NCBI GenBank assembly: GCA_000002445.1
Contig: CM000207.1
Span: 1,984,001-2,048,000, forward strand
DNA: 64,000 bases
Direction of reading: 5' to 3'
Origin: Trypanosoma brucei
Taxonomy: Eukaryota
A program made the position numbers and the translations under genes. Below are positions 33,438 to 44,957 of the stretch, piece after piece. The notes beneath the pieces were generated by a model. It did no database searches, had not been told where the DNA came from, and saw only the letters and a list, made by a program, of their open reading frames with translations. The stretch's first letter is position 1. Every line of letters starts with the position of its first letter.

Positions 33438-33902
33438 GCGCTTGCGGTCAGCAGGCAAAGGAAAAAAAAGCAATGAAAAAGGGTAAGTTGCGACCAGCGT
33501 CACAATGATTTTATGTTTATTTTTGCTGTTAGTGTCTGTGTATGTGTCAACCTTCAAAACGGGACGGTTGAGTTGCGTATGGTGCTCAATCACTCTGCTG
33601 TTTAGTGTGTTGCTCCTTTTCCAATGTGTTCAAAACCAGTCTCCCGTCAGTCACCACTCAGACAGGTCTGAAAATAATACGGACAGAAGGAAAAGTGAAT
33701 AAAAGTGGGGGAAAACGGCGGCGGCGGAACGAACAAAAAGGGATGAGGGAGAAAGTGAGGATAATTGATCGTATTCAGTTATTTTTCGAAATAGGCTTTG
33801 CAACATTTTCATTTATAGCTCGCGCACAAAGAAAAGCGAGGTATTGAAAAGAAGTTTGAAGCAGTTTTTTTTTAAAAAAAGATCATCTCATCCTTTGCAT
33901 GC

Positions 33903-33905
<3 letters not shown>

Positions 33906-33936
<31 letters not shown>
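33906..33936. repeat. (TA)n microsatellite
   Basis: Uninterrupted TA dinucleotide run about 31 bp long. Confidence 0.95.
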
Positions 33937-33938
<2 letters not shown>

Positions 33939-34315
33939 TTTCTCCTCTCAATATTTATTTATATATGAAAACACATCATTATACTTTTGTGCGTTGTATT
34001 TCATGTTATTATAAAACTTCTGGTGTCAGTATTGGGCAACTTCGTCTTCTTTTCACATTCTCTTGGTTTCGTTTTAATTGTTTTATTTGTGCTTTGGGTG
34101 TAGAAGGGAAAGCTTACACTTCGCAAACAATTTTTCAAAGAGAAAGGAAAAAAAGAAAGCACAGCAAAAAAAAAAAAAAGAAGCATCTGTAGTTTGCAGT
34201 TTCATAAAAGAAAAAAAAAGGTAGCAGAGTTAATATACGAATATATCTTTATATATTCCGTTTCCCATTTTTATACCTTGTGTTTTTTTTTCCTTGCTGT
34301 TGGTATTGAATAGCC

Positions 34316-34564
34316 ATGGACTACGAAGAACCAGGACAGGCCACACGAGAACTCACTACGTTTGTGCAGGGTCTCCTTCAAAACATGCAGACTCGCTTCC
34401 AAGAAATGTCGGATACGATTATCACTCGTATTGACGAAATGGGCACCCGTATCGATGACTTGGAAAAGAACATTGCGGAGCTCATGCAACAGGCGGGTCC
34501 TGATGAGGAAGCGGCTCAAACAGCTTCGGCCCCTAAAGATAAGAAAAAGAGTAAGGGGAAATAA
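34316..34564 (+). CDS. HSBP1: heat shock factor binding protein 1 (HSBP1) homologue
   Basis: 82 aa. [49 protein letters not shown] is collinear with the HSBP1 core (..[25 protein letters not shown]). Confidence 0.9.
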   Translation: MDYEEPGQATRELTTFVQGLLQNMQTRFQEMSDTIITRIDEMGTRIDDLEKNIAELMQQAGPDEEAAQTASAPKDKKKSKGK

Positions 34565-35946
34565 AATAATATTATGGCCATATGTTTTAGACACAACGAT
34601 GCTCATTCCTTCTCTTTCTTCTCTTTCCCAGTTTCCATTTTAACATCCACACACTTCATTTTGATGTACGACTTCGCCGTATTTGTTAATTTACTGACTC
34701 TTTGCTCTGTTTTGGATTTTTTTTTTCCCCCCCCCCCCTCCTTCTGTTCATCTCTTCTCGACTTCTGTGTCCACAATTTTGCCTTGTCCAAACGTTTGAA
34801 CGAATTTAATGTCCGAACCTGTGTGGCAAAGCAGTTGCGGCACGCACTGACGGAACAACAACAACAATAGCAGGAGCACACAAGCTACATTTGCACATGT
34901 ATTCACGTACGTGTAGGTGTAGGTGTGTTGAAGAGTGAAAGAGGTGGATGAAGTTAGGGGGAAATTAAATAAAGCGGAAGCAAAAAAAATAAAAATGAAC
35001 AAATGGATGGATGGATGGAAATAACTGGAACTTCCCGTGCAGTAAAGAAATGTCAACGGTAACAGAGAAAAAAAGGGGGGTATTTGAGAGGGGAAAGGGG
35101 AGGAAGAGCACACGCACATAAACGCTAAGATGCATATTTATTAATGTATACTCTTATGTATGTGTTTGTGTGTTTGTGTGTGCGTGTGTCATAAATATTA
35201 TATATAAATATTTGCTGCTTCTGTTTTGTTTTGCTTTTGTTTTCTGTTTCTTTGGGCTGTGGACGGGTCCTCTTTTTCTTTTTTTTTTGTGTGTGTGTGT
35301 TTATTTGCCTGCGTGATTGATTGTATCCTTTTGTTGCTTTCTCCTTCCTCAGATTATGTGCTTGAGGTAAAGTACGGCAATTTGCTATTTAAAAAAAATG
35401 AAACAGAAACAAAGTTGGGAGGATAATTATATTTGTGTGTGTGAGTGTGCGTGTAAGAGGTTGTCTACATTTACTGAAGAGTGAAATATAAATTGAGAGA
35501 CAACTTCTTTTCTTTTCTTCTTTCGAAGTAAAAAGTTGATGGTAAAAGTTGATGAGAGGCAAAGAAAATATGAACACTTAGTAGAAAGCACACGAAAGGA
35601 AAAAGGAGGAAGAAAATATTTAAGGAAAGATAAAGGAAAGGGGGGAAAAGAGAGGAGCACCGTCTGAAGCGTCAAATATTTTTTTTCTTCGAAAGGAGGG
35701 ATAATTTTTCTTTTAATTGCTAAAAGAAAGTATTGCCAAAGGAAAAGGGTGGATGCGAACACGAAACTTTCGCCTGATTCGCCAAATTGAAGTCGTTCAT
35801 TTCTGTGGCTTATGCTGGCCTACTGCAAAACTTCTCCATCTTTATTTCTTTTTTTTTCTTTTCGTTCTCTCGGTACCTGAATAACGTTAGATGCAGGAAG
35901 TTCACTAGCCACTGGATTTCGCCACATATTAATTCTCTTGCATCAT

Positions 35947-36486
35947 ATGACAACAGGTGGAAAGCAAGAAACCATTTACGACGCGTGCCGAAACGGTAAT
36001 GAGGCGCGAGTGGAGGAATATGTGCGGCACGGTGGCTCCGTAGTCGAATACGACAAATTCCGGATGACACTCCTGCACCACGCGGCATACTCGGGTAATA
36101 TTCGAGTTGTTGATTTCATTCTTTCCGCTCAATGTTCTGGACAACAGCAACAACAGCGTATTGACCTGGATGCAGCGGACGCAGATGGGTGGACTCCGTT
36201 ACACTATGCGGCCGATCGAGGGTTTGTGTCCATTACCGCAAGGCTACTGGAAGAAGGAGCAAATGTGAATGCGAAAGATGGAATGAAGCGCACGCCGCTT
36301 CACCTCGCAGCGACCAGCGGTCGCGTGGATGTTGTGAAATTGCTGCTGAGCAGCGGAGCAATGCGGGGAGTGAAAAATGTGGTTGGACTAACAGCGTTGG
36401 AGTGCGCCAAGGCTAATGACCAAGTTGATACAGTGAGTGTCCTTGAGCACTGTTTCACCAAGCGACAGCATGCAGAGGTGTGTTAA
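35947..36486 (+). CDS. ankyrin-repeat protein
   Basis: The track start at 35938 is TTG; the first ATG is at 35947. Repeats include TLLHHAAYSGN, GWTPLHYAADRGF and RTPLHLAATSGRVDVVKLLL. Confidence 0.85.
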   Translation: MTTGGKQETIYDACRNGNEARVEEYVRHGGSVVEYDKFRMTLLHHAAYSGNIRVVDFILSAQCSGQQQQQRIDLDAADADGWTPLHYAADRGFVSITARLLEEGANVNAKDGMKRTPLHLAATSGRVDVVKLLLSSGAMRGVKNVVGLTALECAKANDQVDTVSVLEHCFTKRQHAEVC

Positions 36487-36859
36487 GTGTAAAATAAGTA
36501 AAAAAAAGGAAAGGGAAGGGTAAAATTACAGGGAAGAGAAATGGTGAGCGCCCTTTCGATTTGTTGTTTGTTTGTTTTTATACAGAGCGCACTGCATCCC
36601 CCCCCCTTGTTGTTTGGCTCGTATATGTTTTTTTCGGAATTTGGATTGTGTGCCAGTTAGAGTGCATGGATTGCCTTGTCACCGGTACCTTCACAGTACC
36701 CCCCCCCCTTTCTTCATAATGTCTTGCTCCGGTTCCCTGCTGTTTCACTTGGGCAAAAGGGATAGGGAAATTTTTTCTTCGATAGGGAGGAAACAGTAAA
36801 GCGTTTTGCCTTCTTAAAGACAAGGCTTTCACTTACCTGTAAGTTTTCCCCCGTAAAGC

Positions 36860-38179
36860 ATGGAGAATTCGTGTCCAGGGGAGGCGAGAACGCCACCACG
36901 AAATTCTAACGATGGCGGGGGAGGGGTTGAGGCAATTCTCACCATGCAAACCATGTCACCACTTGACAAAGTTCGTCAGTTCTTCGAGGAGCAGGAGGTT
37001 CAACTGCAAACTACAGCGGGTGATGAGCAAACCAATACTAACCCTCTGTTGGATGATGTGTTAGACACTGAGCCAATACGGGGTGAGTTGTTCCTCTCTG
37101 ATGAAGTGGAGGCAGATGAGGTTACTGCCTCGCACGTTGATCCGCAACAGAAAAAAAGAAAGAGGCAGGGCACTGCCAGTGGAGAGAAGGGGCGAAAAGA
37201 GTCCAGAAAGGCACGGCGGGCAACTGCTTCCGACGACACTGTTCATAAGAGCAGCAAATACCGCGAAAAGGAGGATGCAAAGCCAATGGTTTTGTTCCGT
37301 CAGTCGCAAAAGGCCCTCCGTAAGGAAGCGAGGCATGTGAGTATGAAGGAGGTTCTCTGCCGTTCTTTGCCTGGTCTTAACGATGGGATAAACGAGCGAA
37401 GTAATTTATTTACTCCATCAGGCGTATCACAAGCGTCTTCCACATGGTCGTCAGCAGTGGCGGCAGACATAACCAACCGATTCCTCTCCAACGTCCAGCA
37501 AAAGAAAAAAGAAACCTTTGAGCGGTTGCTGCAACGCGAAATGACAAATTCACAACTGTCATTTTCTAGCGCGGGAGAAGGGGACGCGAGTTTGGGTGGA
37601 GTGATGGGGGAACTTGTGATTGGTGACGAATCAGCCGTCATGACGCCACCGGCTAGTGACTCCAACTTTCTCGCAGGGGAAGGAGCTCTGGTTGAGTTGA
37701 CGACAGAAACCGCACCCTCCCTTTCGTCCACGCAGGATCCATTCATGTCCTGCAATGGCATGTCCCAGGGGTTTGTAGAACTGGACGAAGAAACAGAGCA
37801 GGCGCAATCCGATGCTCTGGTGCGCAAGCACGAACTCTGGCGTTTGCGGCAGAGACACCTGCGGGCACAACGAAGCGGAGAGGAGAGCAATCCCCAGGTG
37901 AAGTTGGAAAAGGATGATCACCAGCACAAATCTCTGTCATCGACTTTCACCGGTACCACGCTGTCGACACTCTCCACGGGAGCATTACAAGGCGTTGCAA
38001 CGCATGACGCTGACGGGGCTATCGATACCGTGCTGACGCACCGTAGTGCTCTGAAGCGGACCATCAGCGCAACACTTGAGCTATCCACTGATCACATCGA
38101 CATGATACGCCGCGCAAACTCTTTCGACAACATATCTTGCCAGCGGATTGTGGTTTTCGAAGCAAAGAAGGGGAAATAA
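36860..38179 (+). CDS. hypothetical protein with basic NLS-like patches
   Basis: 439-codon ATG ORF. KKRKRQG and other basic patches are present. No domain recognised. Confidence 0.75.
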   Translation: MENSCPGEARTPPRNSNDGGGGVEAILTMQTMSPLDKVRQFFEEQEVQLQTTAGDEQTNTNPLLDDVLDTEPIRGELFLSDEVEADEVTASHVDPQQKKRKRQGTASGEKGRKESRKARRATASDDTVHKSSKYREKEDAKPMVLFRQSQKALRKEARHVSMKEVLCRSLPGLNDGINERSNLFTPSGVSQASSTWSSAVAADITNRFLSNVQQKKKETFERLLQREMTNSQLSFSSAGEGDASLGGVMGELVIGDESAVMTPPASDSNFLAGEGALVELTTETAPSLSSTQDPFMSCNGMSQGFVELDEETEQAQSDALVRKHELWRLRQRHLRAQRSGEESNPQVKLEKDDHQHKSLSSTFTGTTLSTLSTGALQGVATHDADGAIDTVLTHRSALKRTISATLELSTDHIDMIRRANSFDNISCQRIVVFEAKKGK

Positions 38180-39064
38180 ACTATCGACCAGCGCCTCTAG
38201 TTTCATATGCAAATGCGCACGCGCGTGGATTGGAGTGTGTTTGCCCGCGTCACTCCACATTGGTGATTCCCCACATATAAAGGAGCACGTGTATGTGTGC
38301 CGTTGCTGTGGAGAATGTATAGAAGTTTCACTCTTTTATTTGCAATCGCTCCCATCGCCATGGTCAATTGCCATTTCACTCGTTTTCGTTTCGTTGGTAC
38401 TTGTGTAATATTCTTCGCGGCCGCACGAGAGATCAAATAGATTACGCTTTCTATAAACCTCATTACAGAGAGGGATGGGAACTAAGAGGGAGGAAATTGC
38501 CTGCACCCGCGCATTGTATGGGAAAGATACTCACTACATTTGTGTTTTCTTTGATTGTTTTTTTTTTCGAAACGTTTTCCGCTTTGGAAAATGTGCTCGG
38601 CAGGTAGATACACCAATTCACATATCATTTTAATTCGACCAAAATATGAGTCAACGGAGTATTAAAAGAATGCGTATATTTGTGGTGGCGCATGTAACCA
38701 TTTTTTTTCCGTTGATAGTGTGCAGTGTTAAAGGAAGGCGAAAATGAGTAAACACTTCGGCATTTCTGATATTTATTGTTTCTTAACAATTGATGTTGCA
38801 GAAGTGATAACGTGCTCTGGGTTTTACCACGGCACGGCACGCTATCTTCCTCATTAGGACACCAACCATGCAGCTCACCCCTTTGTGTACCGTACTTACT
38901 AGTATGAGACAATACTTTTGTCAGTATATATACTGATGAAGTGTTATGTGTGGACTGCCGGGTTTCCCCTAATGATTTCTTGCTTTTGCCTGTCTTTTAT
39001 AAATACGTGTGTATATACATCTCTTATTTATTTGTGTGACTACGCGTATTAGAAGTGAAGGGGA

Positions 39065-39811
39065 ATGACAGACTTGGACGCGACCAAAATTTCGATCATA
39101 TCGGTTAAGAAGGCAAACCCCAAATTGTTAGCGGAAGTTGGGGACGAAGCGAACGAGCTTCCCGTAACCGTGAAGGAAAAGCGAGCGCATGAAAAGCGAT
39201 GTAACTTCTGTTGCATGTCCATCGGATTACTCTTTTCAGCCTTTATGGTTGTCATGGTGGCGAGCATTGGCACTGGTATGGCTGTTTACACAGAGAAGCG
39301 CGCTCGCTACACCGTTAACGGAGTTATGCGTCAGGTCGGTTGGATTTCTCTGCCGGGCCTTCTCGTTGGCACCACCCTTCACTACTTCCTTTCTGAAGCG
39401 ATGTGGAGCGGGCGACGGAATAGTTGGGGTCAGGCGTGGATGAAGGCCTTTGCCACAAACACTGCCATTTGGTCGGTCGCCATTGGCACAGGGACTTTAC
39501 TGTGGCGCAAAGGTTTACTCATAAACGCCGCCGGCCGGCGGTTGTATTATCGTTATCCAATTCCTTCTGACCCACTGGAGTATCGCTTGGTGCGCAGTGA
39601 AGCGCAGTTTTTTACTGGTATGGGATGGTCCTATTGGTTGAGTGGTGTGGTGAGCGGACAAGTTGGACTCGTAAGTTGTGTGGGATTTTGTGTCTGGAAC
39701 GATCGGCCATACTTTATGATGAACCCGCATGGAGGGTACGCTCGGAGGTGCATGCCCAACTGGCGCAGGGAACAACTTGCTCGCCAGGCAAATGTCTCAC
39801 TTTCAGAGTAA
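39065..39811 (+). CDS. hypothetical multi-pass membrane protein
   Basis: 248-codon ATG ORF with about four hydrophobic segments, for example MSIGLLFSAFMVVMVASIGTGMAVY. Confidence 0.7.
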   Translation: MTDLDATKISIISVKKANPKLLAEVGDEANELPVTVKEKRAHEKRCNFCCMSIGLLFSAFMVVMVASIGTGMAVYTEKRARYTVNGVMRQVGWISLPGLLVGTTLHYFLSEAMWSGRRNSWGQAWMKAFATNTAIWSVAIGTGTLLWRKGLLINAAGRRLYYRYPIPSDPLEYRLVRSEAQFFTGMGWSYWLSGVVSGQVGLVSCVGFCVWNDRPYFMMNPHGGYARRCMPNWRREQLARQANVSLSE

Positions 39812-40184
39812 TTAAAGTAATGGAGTACGCATAGTGTCGTCTATCGTGTAGTGAAGGAAAACGTCGCTTAAGCGTGCTATTGTCATTATTATTGTTATAC
39901 CTTTCCTGTCACATCCGGTCCCGTGTATATTCCCTGAATTTACAGTCACTTTGTCACACGCATAAAAAGTGGTTAACTACCTTGTCATTATTCACGATGA
40001 ACCATATATTGTTATTCCCTCTAACACTCTGAGTTTGACCGTGTCATTCCACGCCCTCTTTCAGCGCGTGGTTTATCATTGCACATGTTTCTCTTGTTTT
40101 GCAGGACCTTTTATTACTTAAGGTTTCTGAGGACCAACGATCAATAGTATGAACCAGAAGCGAAAACAATAGTGCTTAGCGATC

Positions 40185-42005
40185 ATGACGAAAGATAAAG
40201 TTAACTTTAGGTACTCAATGAAATACGCACAGGGTGCAGCTGCAGTGGAAGATAACATCGGCATAACTGAGTTACGATCGCCAACTGGCCGTTGCAGTGA
40301 TATGAATGAGGAGCGAAACTCACGCCTTACAGGACTGATGAAGTGGTCCTTGGATGATTACGTTGTTAAGGAAATGTGGCCAAGTGAAGCGTTTGCTTCT
40401 CCAAGCACCAAAGACTTGCAAAATGTGAGAGGTCCGGCCGCCTTCGCACTAAAAATTGTTGCTGAAGGAATACCAGACGAAACAATTGCCAAGCTCATCG
40501 AAAGAAAGTGTCCACCCAGAACATCAGTGAGGTTCACCACCCCCCTGGATTTCTGTAGCTCCCAGGAGCGTATTGCATTGGTATGTAGCCACACACACGC
40601 AAGCAAGCGTAACTTCCAGTGCCAGCAGGTGGCGCACGTTAGTGAGGGTGTTGTTTGCATTGGTGGAGCAGTTGACATTTCCTTGCATTTGCATGACATA
40701 AGTTCCTTGCCTCTGTGCATCCTCCCTGATGTTTCGTATTCAGTTGTATTCAGAGGTTTGAGAGGATCTCTTGCTGACATCCTTCCCCGTCTCGAAGCCC
40801 TCAGAAGCAATGGTTTTATTAATTACACCCACTTAGCACGGCACGGCGTTGGCCTCTTTCGGGCCTTTGAGAGCGGCAGGCAGCTTCTTCATAGGGAATA
40901 CGCGGAGTTTCTTCGTGGGTATGTGCTTAGCCTCACGGAGCGTTCACCAGCAGTTCATAAGGAACTACCACCATTTCTCGAAGCCATAGTGGACCCAAAG
41001 TTGAAGTGCAGCGATTGGGCGGGGGTGCGCAAAGGTTTGGAGTACGCGTTGAAGAGAGATGAGCCGTTGATTAACCTTCCTCAAACTGGGCTTTACTACC
41101 CACATCACACGCTTCTGCGAGACCTCGTCGAACGCGCAGCAGATCTCCTACCAAAGGAGCATGACTCCGCCCAAGTTATCCGCAATGCTGTACCACGGCT
41201 AATCATTCAGGAGAAACTCAGAAGCGTTGCAGACGTTCACTTTAATGCATTGGCTTCACTTCGGTGGAAAATGTACGGCGACAGAGTTGTACCAGGAGAC
41301 TTAGTTTTACGCCGCGGTGACAGCGGACACGCGACAGAGCCACTAGACGTGTTTGATGCCCCCGCGGACCATATAAACGGGGGCATGACGTCAGTAAGTC
41401 ACACGGAGTGGCTTTCTGCTGCCGGAGAGAAACACTTGGATGGCTTGTTAGAGCGGGTTCATTTGGTGAGCAGCGAGAAAGAGGCTCAGTCATTTACAAC
41501 AGATGATATTGTGCTCCCTGTACTGGGACGCTTTGCGGAGCGATTGATCTTACCCAACACAAAAATGAAAGATGCGTTTCAGCATATTGCACAGGAGTTA
41601 CAAGTAGAAGGATTACCACGGTTGCGTGCCGCTCCACCCGCAACCTATCGGTGGTTGATTGAGCGTCCAAAGAAGCTCGCTTACTGCATATTTGACGAAT
41701 CACGAGGTTGGTGTTGGGAAAGTGATAACAATGAACCGATTCGGTCGCAGTTGTATGAAGACCGGGAGGGAGTGCTGCGGCAACCCTCGCCGCTGATGGC
41801 TGTCACGGGGAAGAATATGGTAGCACGACGGGGAATACGCGGCACAGAACAGCGCCACCACTATCTGAAACCGGCGAGACGCGGTGGCATGACGTGCGTG
41901 GTGCGTATGACACTACCTAGGGGGACGGCTATCACCTCCGCCCTGCGGGAAGTGGTTCAGGTAGCTACACTCGATACGGGAGCGATATTCAGGCTTCTGA
42001 AGTAA
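40185..42005 (+). CDS. TruD/Pus7-family pseudouridine synthase-like protein, probably catalytically inactive
   Basis: Motif II is GFINYTHLARHGVG (family consensus GFINYFG.QRFG). Motif III is MTLPRGTAITSALRE (consensus F.LP.G.YAT..LRE). The motif I equivalent is THASKRNFQCQQVA against GTKDKRGVTCQRVS, which places Ser140 (40602-40604) at the catalytic Asp position. Confidence 0.8.
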   Translation: MTKDKVNFRYSMKYAQGAAAVEDNIGITELRSPTGRCSDMNEERNSRLTGLMKWSLDDYVVKEMWPSEAFASPSTKDLQNVRGPAAFALKIVAEGIPDETIAKLIERKCPPRTSVRFTTPLDFCSSQERIALVCSHTHASKRNFQCQQVAHVSEGVVCIGGAVDISLHLHDISSLPLCILPDVSYSVVFRGLRGSLADILPRLEALRSNGFINYTHLARHGVGLFRAFESGRQLLHREYAEFLRGYVLSLTERSPAVHKELPPFLEAIVDPKLKCSDWAGVRKGLEYALKRDEPLINLPQTGLYYPHHTLLRDLVERAADLLPKEHDSAQVIRNAVPRLIIQEKLRSVADVHFNALASLRWKMYGDRVVPGDLVLRRGDSGHATEPLDVFDAPADHINGGMTSVSHTEWLSAAGEKHLDGLLERVHLVSSEKEAQSFTTDDIVLPVLGRFAERLILPNTKMKDAFQHIAQELQVEGLPRLRAAPPATYRWLIERPKKLAYCIFDESRGWCWESDNNEPIRSQLYEDREGVLRQPSPLMAVTGKNMVARRGIRGTEQRHHYLKPARRGGMTCVVRMTLPRGTAITSALREVVQVATLDTGAIFRLLK

Positions 42006-42463
42006 CCTCCCTTCCTCCCCTCCCCCCCTCAATCCCTCTACAGTGGCTGCTGCAACCTTTTCCCGTTTCTAACTGTATCATACAAAATATATCGCACCAC
42101 ACGAAGAGGCACTCCCTCTTCTCACAAAAAGGATGAGTGTCAGTAAAGTTCGTGTTCCTAACACTGAATTTCCTTCGCCAGTGGTCCTGCAACAGGGGAT
42201 TCAGCTGGTGGATTTTTGAATTTCAATTTTTTCTTTCGTTTTAAAACATGTCGGCGATTAAATATGCAATCTGTGTGAATTTGTGTGGGGTTTCTCTTAT
42301 TAATTCGATCACTCCGAACGTACTGACGTTCAAGGAGGTAGGCCTTGTGTGTGTATGCTATAGTGGTTCAGTACCCAGTTTCTTGCAATTCTTCACGTTT
42401 CTGCGTACAATGAACTAGTGTACAGGTGTATATTTAATATAGAGGTATCACCAACACAACCAA

Positions 42464-44437
42464 ATGCACAAACCGGTGACGGCACGCGTGACTGTGAGTC
42501 TCCGTTTCACAGGAGTGCCAGGCATTCAAGGCCAGCGTGTCTTCCGTGACACTTTATCTGTAACGCATCCATACGATAACAGTTACGACAGAATTAGGGA
42601 TGTGGTGAATGAGAAGCTGAAGTTCATGAAGGCTCCCTTGTGTGATTTCACCGTCTTCCACAAAGATAACAAAACAAACGATGTTGTGGTCGTGGACAAT
42701 GCGTACTTTGCTGAGCTTGTGAGAGACCTTGTGGGGAAGGCGCTCGCATTGGGTGGGACACGCCCTGCCAGCATAGCGGAGGGTGTCTATAAATTGGGTG
42801 AAACACGCGACTTCAGAAGGAATGAGGTTTTAGGTGGTAGCTTTGATTATGAGGAGGAGGGGGAGGAAGTTGTTAGTTTAAGTGGCGTACTTTCGTTCGA
42901 TGTGGAGGTGACTAACGAGAAGACGGTGGTCGCCAAACCGAGTCTTAACAGCGGCACGGTGGTGCCACTGACAACGGAGGCGTTGCGAGCGCATGTGTCG
43001 GACGGTGTTCATGTAGCAATTGGTTCCCTCGTGTGTCCACCCAAACATCCAAATGTCTTCATTCGTGCTGCGGTGATTGGCATTCACTTTAAACAGCTGA
43101 ACTCAGGGCAATCACTGTGCCGATTAGATCTCTGTGAGCCGGAGGATGTGCGGCAGCAGATTACGGCTGTTACTTTTGACGCTTCCGTACAAAAGGCGAT
43201 TAGAGATAATCTTAAGGGAGGTGGGAGAGAGGTTGTAGAGCTGCGCAACGCTTATATCCGTAAGAAAAACGAAACAGACATACGATATCAGGTCAACATG
43301 CATCCTCTTATAATCGGGATGAACTCCTGCTCACGGATTGAAGTTGTGCGGCTGCTTCCAGCCCCAGTTGCTCTGAACCCCGAGAACGTTGTGACCATGC
43401 GGGAGAATTTACGCCCCACCGGAATCATTAACTTTGGTGGCCCAGCTGTCTCGAGTGAGAAACCTGTTAATTCAAGTCTTTCCCAACCGATGCGGCAAAA
43501 CGCGTCTGCTACAGGTTCCTCTTCGTCGTCATCGGTACAAAGTGGACCGAGGAAGACGATGTTATCACTAAACAGCGCGGCATCCAACACCATAACTCCG
43601 ATTTCCGGCGTAGTTCCTTCACATCTTGGCGAAGAAATGAGGCGACAACAGGCCAACTTTCTCTCCAAGCGGACGCGTGAAGAACCTCTACCAAAGGAAC
43701 CAGACACAATCCACGTGTCCGTGAAGGACGTGAGAATGAGAGATATGATTGTGGCGCAGTACGCCGTTAGAGAGGAGGAAACCAAAAATCGAATTCGACG
43801 GCGGAAGGAAGTAAACCAAACGTGTATCATCTGCGGGGTAAATTGCGAAGACGAGAGCACTTTAACTTTGGTGGCAGATCTGTTGAAGAACAATAGCGAA
43901 AACAGAGGAAGGCGCATCCCATCAATGGCGGAGCTGCGTTGGGCACTATGCGACCGGCGGCAAACAAAGAGCGGACAGGTTGGGAACCGTTTAGTGTGCG
44001 CACAATACTTTGTGGATACCCGAACCAACTCCCTTCACGTGGTGCACTGCCGCTGCGCTCATCTTTGTACGGGTTATCAAAGAGGACGAGATTTGGAGGA
44101 TATTGTAGCGTTAGAGCTACCCATGCAAACCTGTACTCTCTGCGGTATGCCGGGGGCGAGTGTCTTCTGCTACCATCCGGATTGTCGCGAGATGTATCAC
44201 ACAATTTGTGCGTTGTTTTGTTTTGGTTATGTGAACTTTGGCAAAAAGGATCCGCACCTGCCGTGTCCTGCGTGTCCAAAACATACACAAGTCAAACACT
44301 TACTGCCCGACGAGGCCGGTCCCGTCACGTATGCGCAAAGCAACTCCGCGTGGTGGGAGGAAGACAAAGTAGTGTTTGATTCCTCAATAGTTGAAACTAC
44401 GGATCTACGAGACCCGGATGAGAATGAGGGAGCATAG
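42464..44437 (+). CDS. hypothetical protein with a C-terminal extended-PHD-like zinc finger
   Basis: 657-codon ATG ORF. CIICGVNCEDE is followed by CTLCGMPGASVFCYHPDCREMYHTICALFCFGYV...CPACPKH, a Cys/His spacing of ePHD type. Confidence 0.8.
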   Translation: MHKPVTARVTVSLRFTGVPGIQGQRVFRDTLSVTHPYDNSYDRIRDVVNEKLKFMKAPLCDFTVFHKDNKTNDVVVVDNAYFAELVRDLVGKALALGGTRPASIAEGVYKLGETRDFRRNEVLGGSFDYEEEGEEVVSLSGVLSFDVEVTNEKTVVAKPSLNSGTVVPLTTEALRAHVSDGVHVAIGSLVCPPKHPNVFIRAAVIGIHFKQLNSGQSLCRLDLCEPEDVRQQITAVTFDASVQKAIRDNLKGGGREVVELRNAYIRKKNETDIRYQVNMHPLIIGMNSCSRIEVVRLLPAPVALNPENVVTMRENLRPTGIINFGGPAVSSEKPVNSSLSQPMRQNASATGSSSSSSVQSGPRKTMLSLNSAASNTITPISGVVPSHLGEEMRRQQANFLSKRTREEPLPKEPDTIHVSVKDVRMRDMIVAQYAVREEETKNRIRRRKEVNQTCIICGVNCEDESTLTLVADLLKNNSENRGRRIPSMAELRWALCDRRQTKSGQVGNRLVCAQYFVDTRTNSLHVVHCRCAHLCTGYQRGRDLEDIVALELPMQTCTLCGMPGASVFCYHPDCREMYHTICALFCFGYVNFGKKDPHLPCPACPKHTQVKHLLPDEAGPVTYAQSNSAWWEEDKVVFDSSIVETTDLRDPDENEGA

Positions 44438-44957
44438 AGGCACTTTTCATTTTTTTTTCTGCACCATACTAACCTAGTCGTTTTTTTTTCATTATTTGCC
44501 TGTGTGTTTTAATTAGATCCTTGCCCTTCCCCCTTTTACTCGATTTTTTCTTAATGGTTTGTGATCCTTCGGTTTGCTTCGTCTCACGAAACCTTAACCT
44601 AAATAAACTCGGTGCAACGTGTCGCCTAATTTGATCTTGAAAAACAAAAATAAGGCGATGTCATCTCTCGTAAAACCAAATTGGGCGTCAACAAAAGTAT
44701 ACAAAAATTTTTTACTTTTCTTTTTCCTCTTTCCTGAACTCTGCAGCTGGTTGATTCACTTAATAAACATATTGAGAGAGGACCCACTCTTGACACCGGC
44801 ACCGCAGCGCATCTGTGAGGGCAACCCTCCACCAGAGAAAGAGAGAGACCGGGAGGGTTTTCCTTCCTCTCTCGTCGTCGGCAGCAAATATTAATAACAA
44901 TAAAGGAACATTTTTTTTAAAAAAAGATTTAAAACATAGCCATTAAAAAAGCACTCG

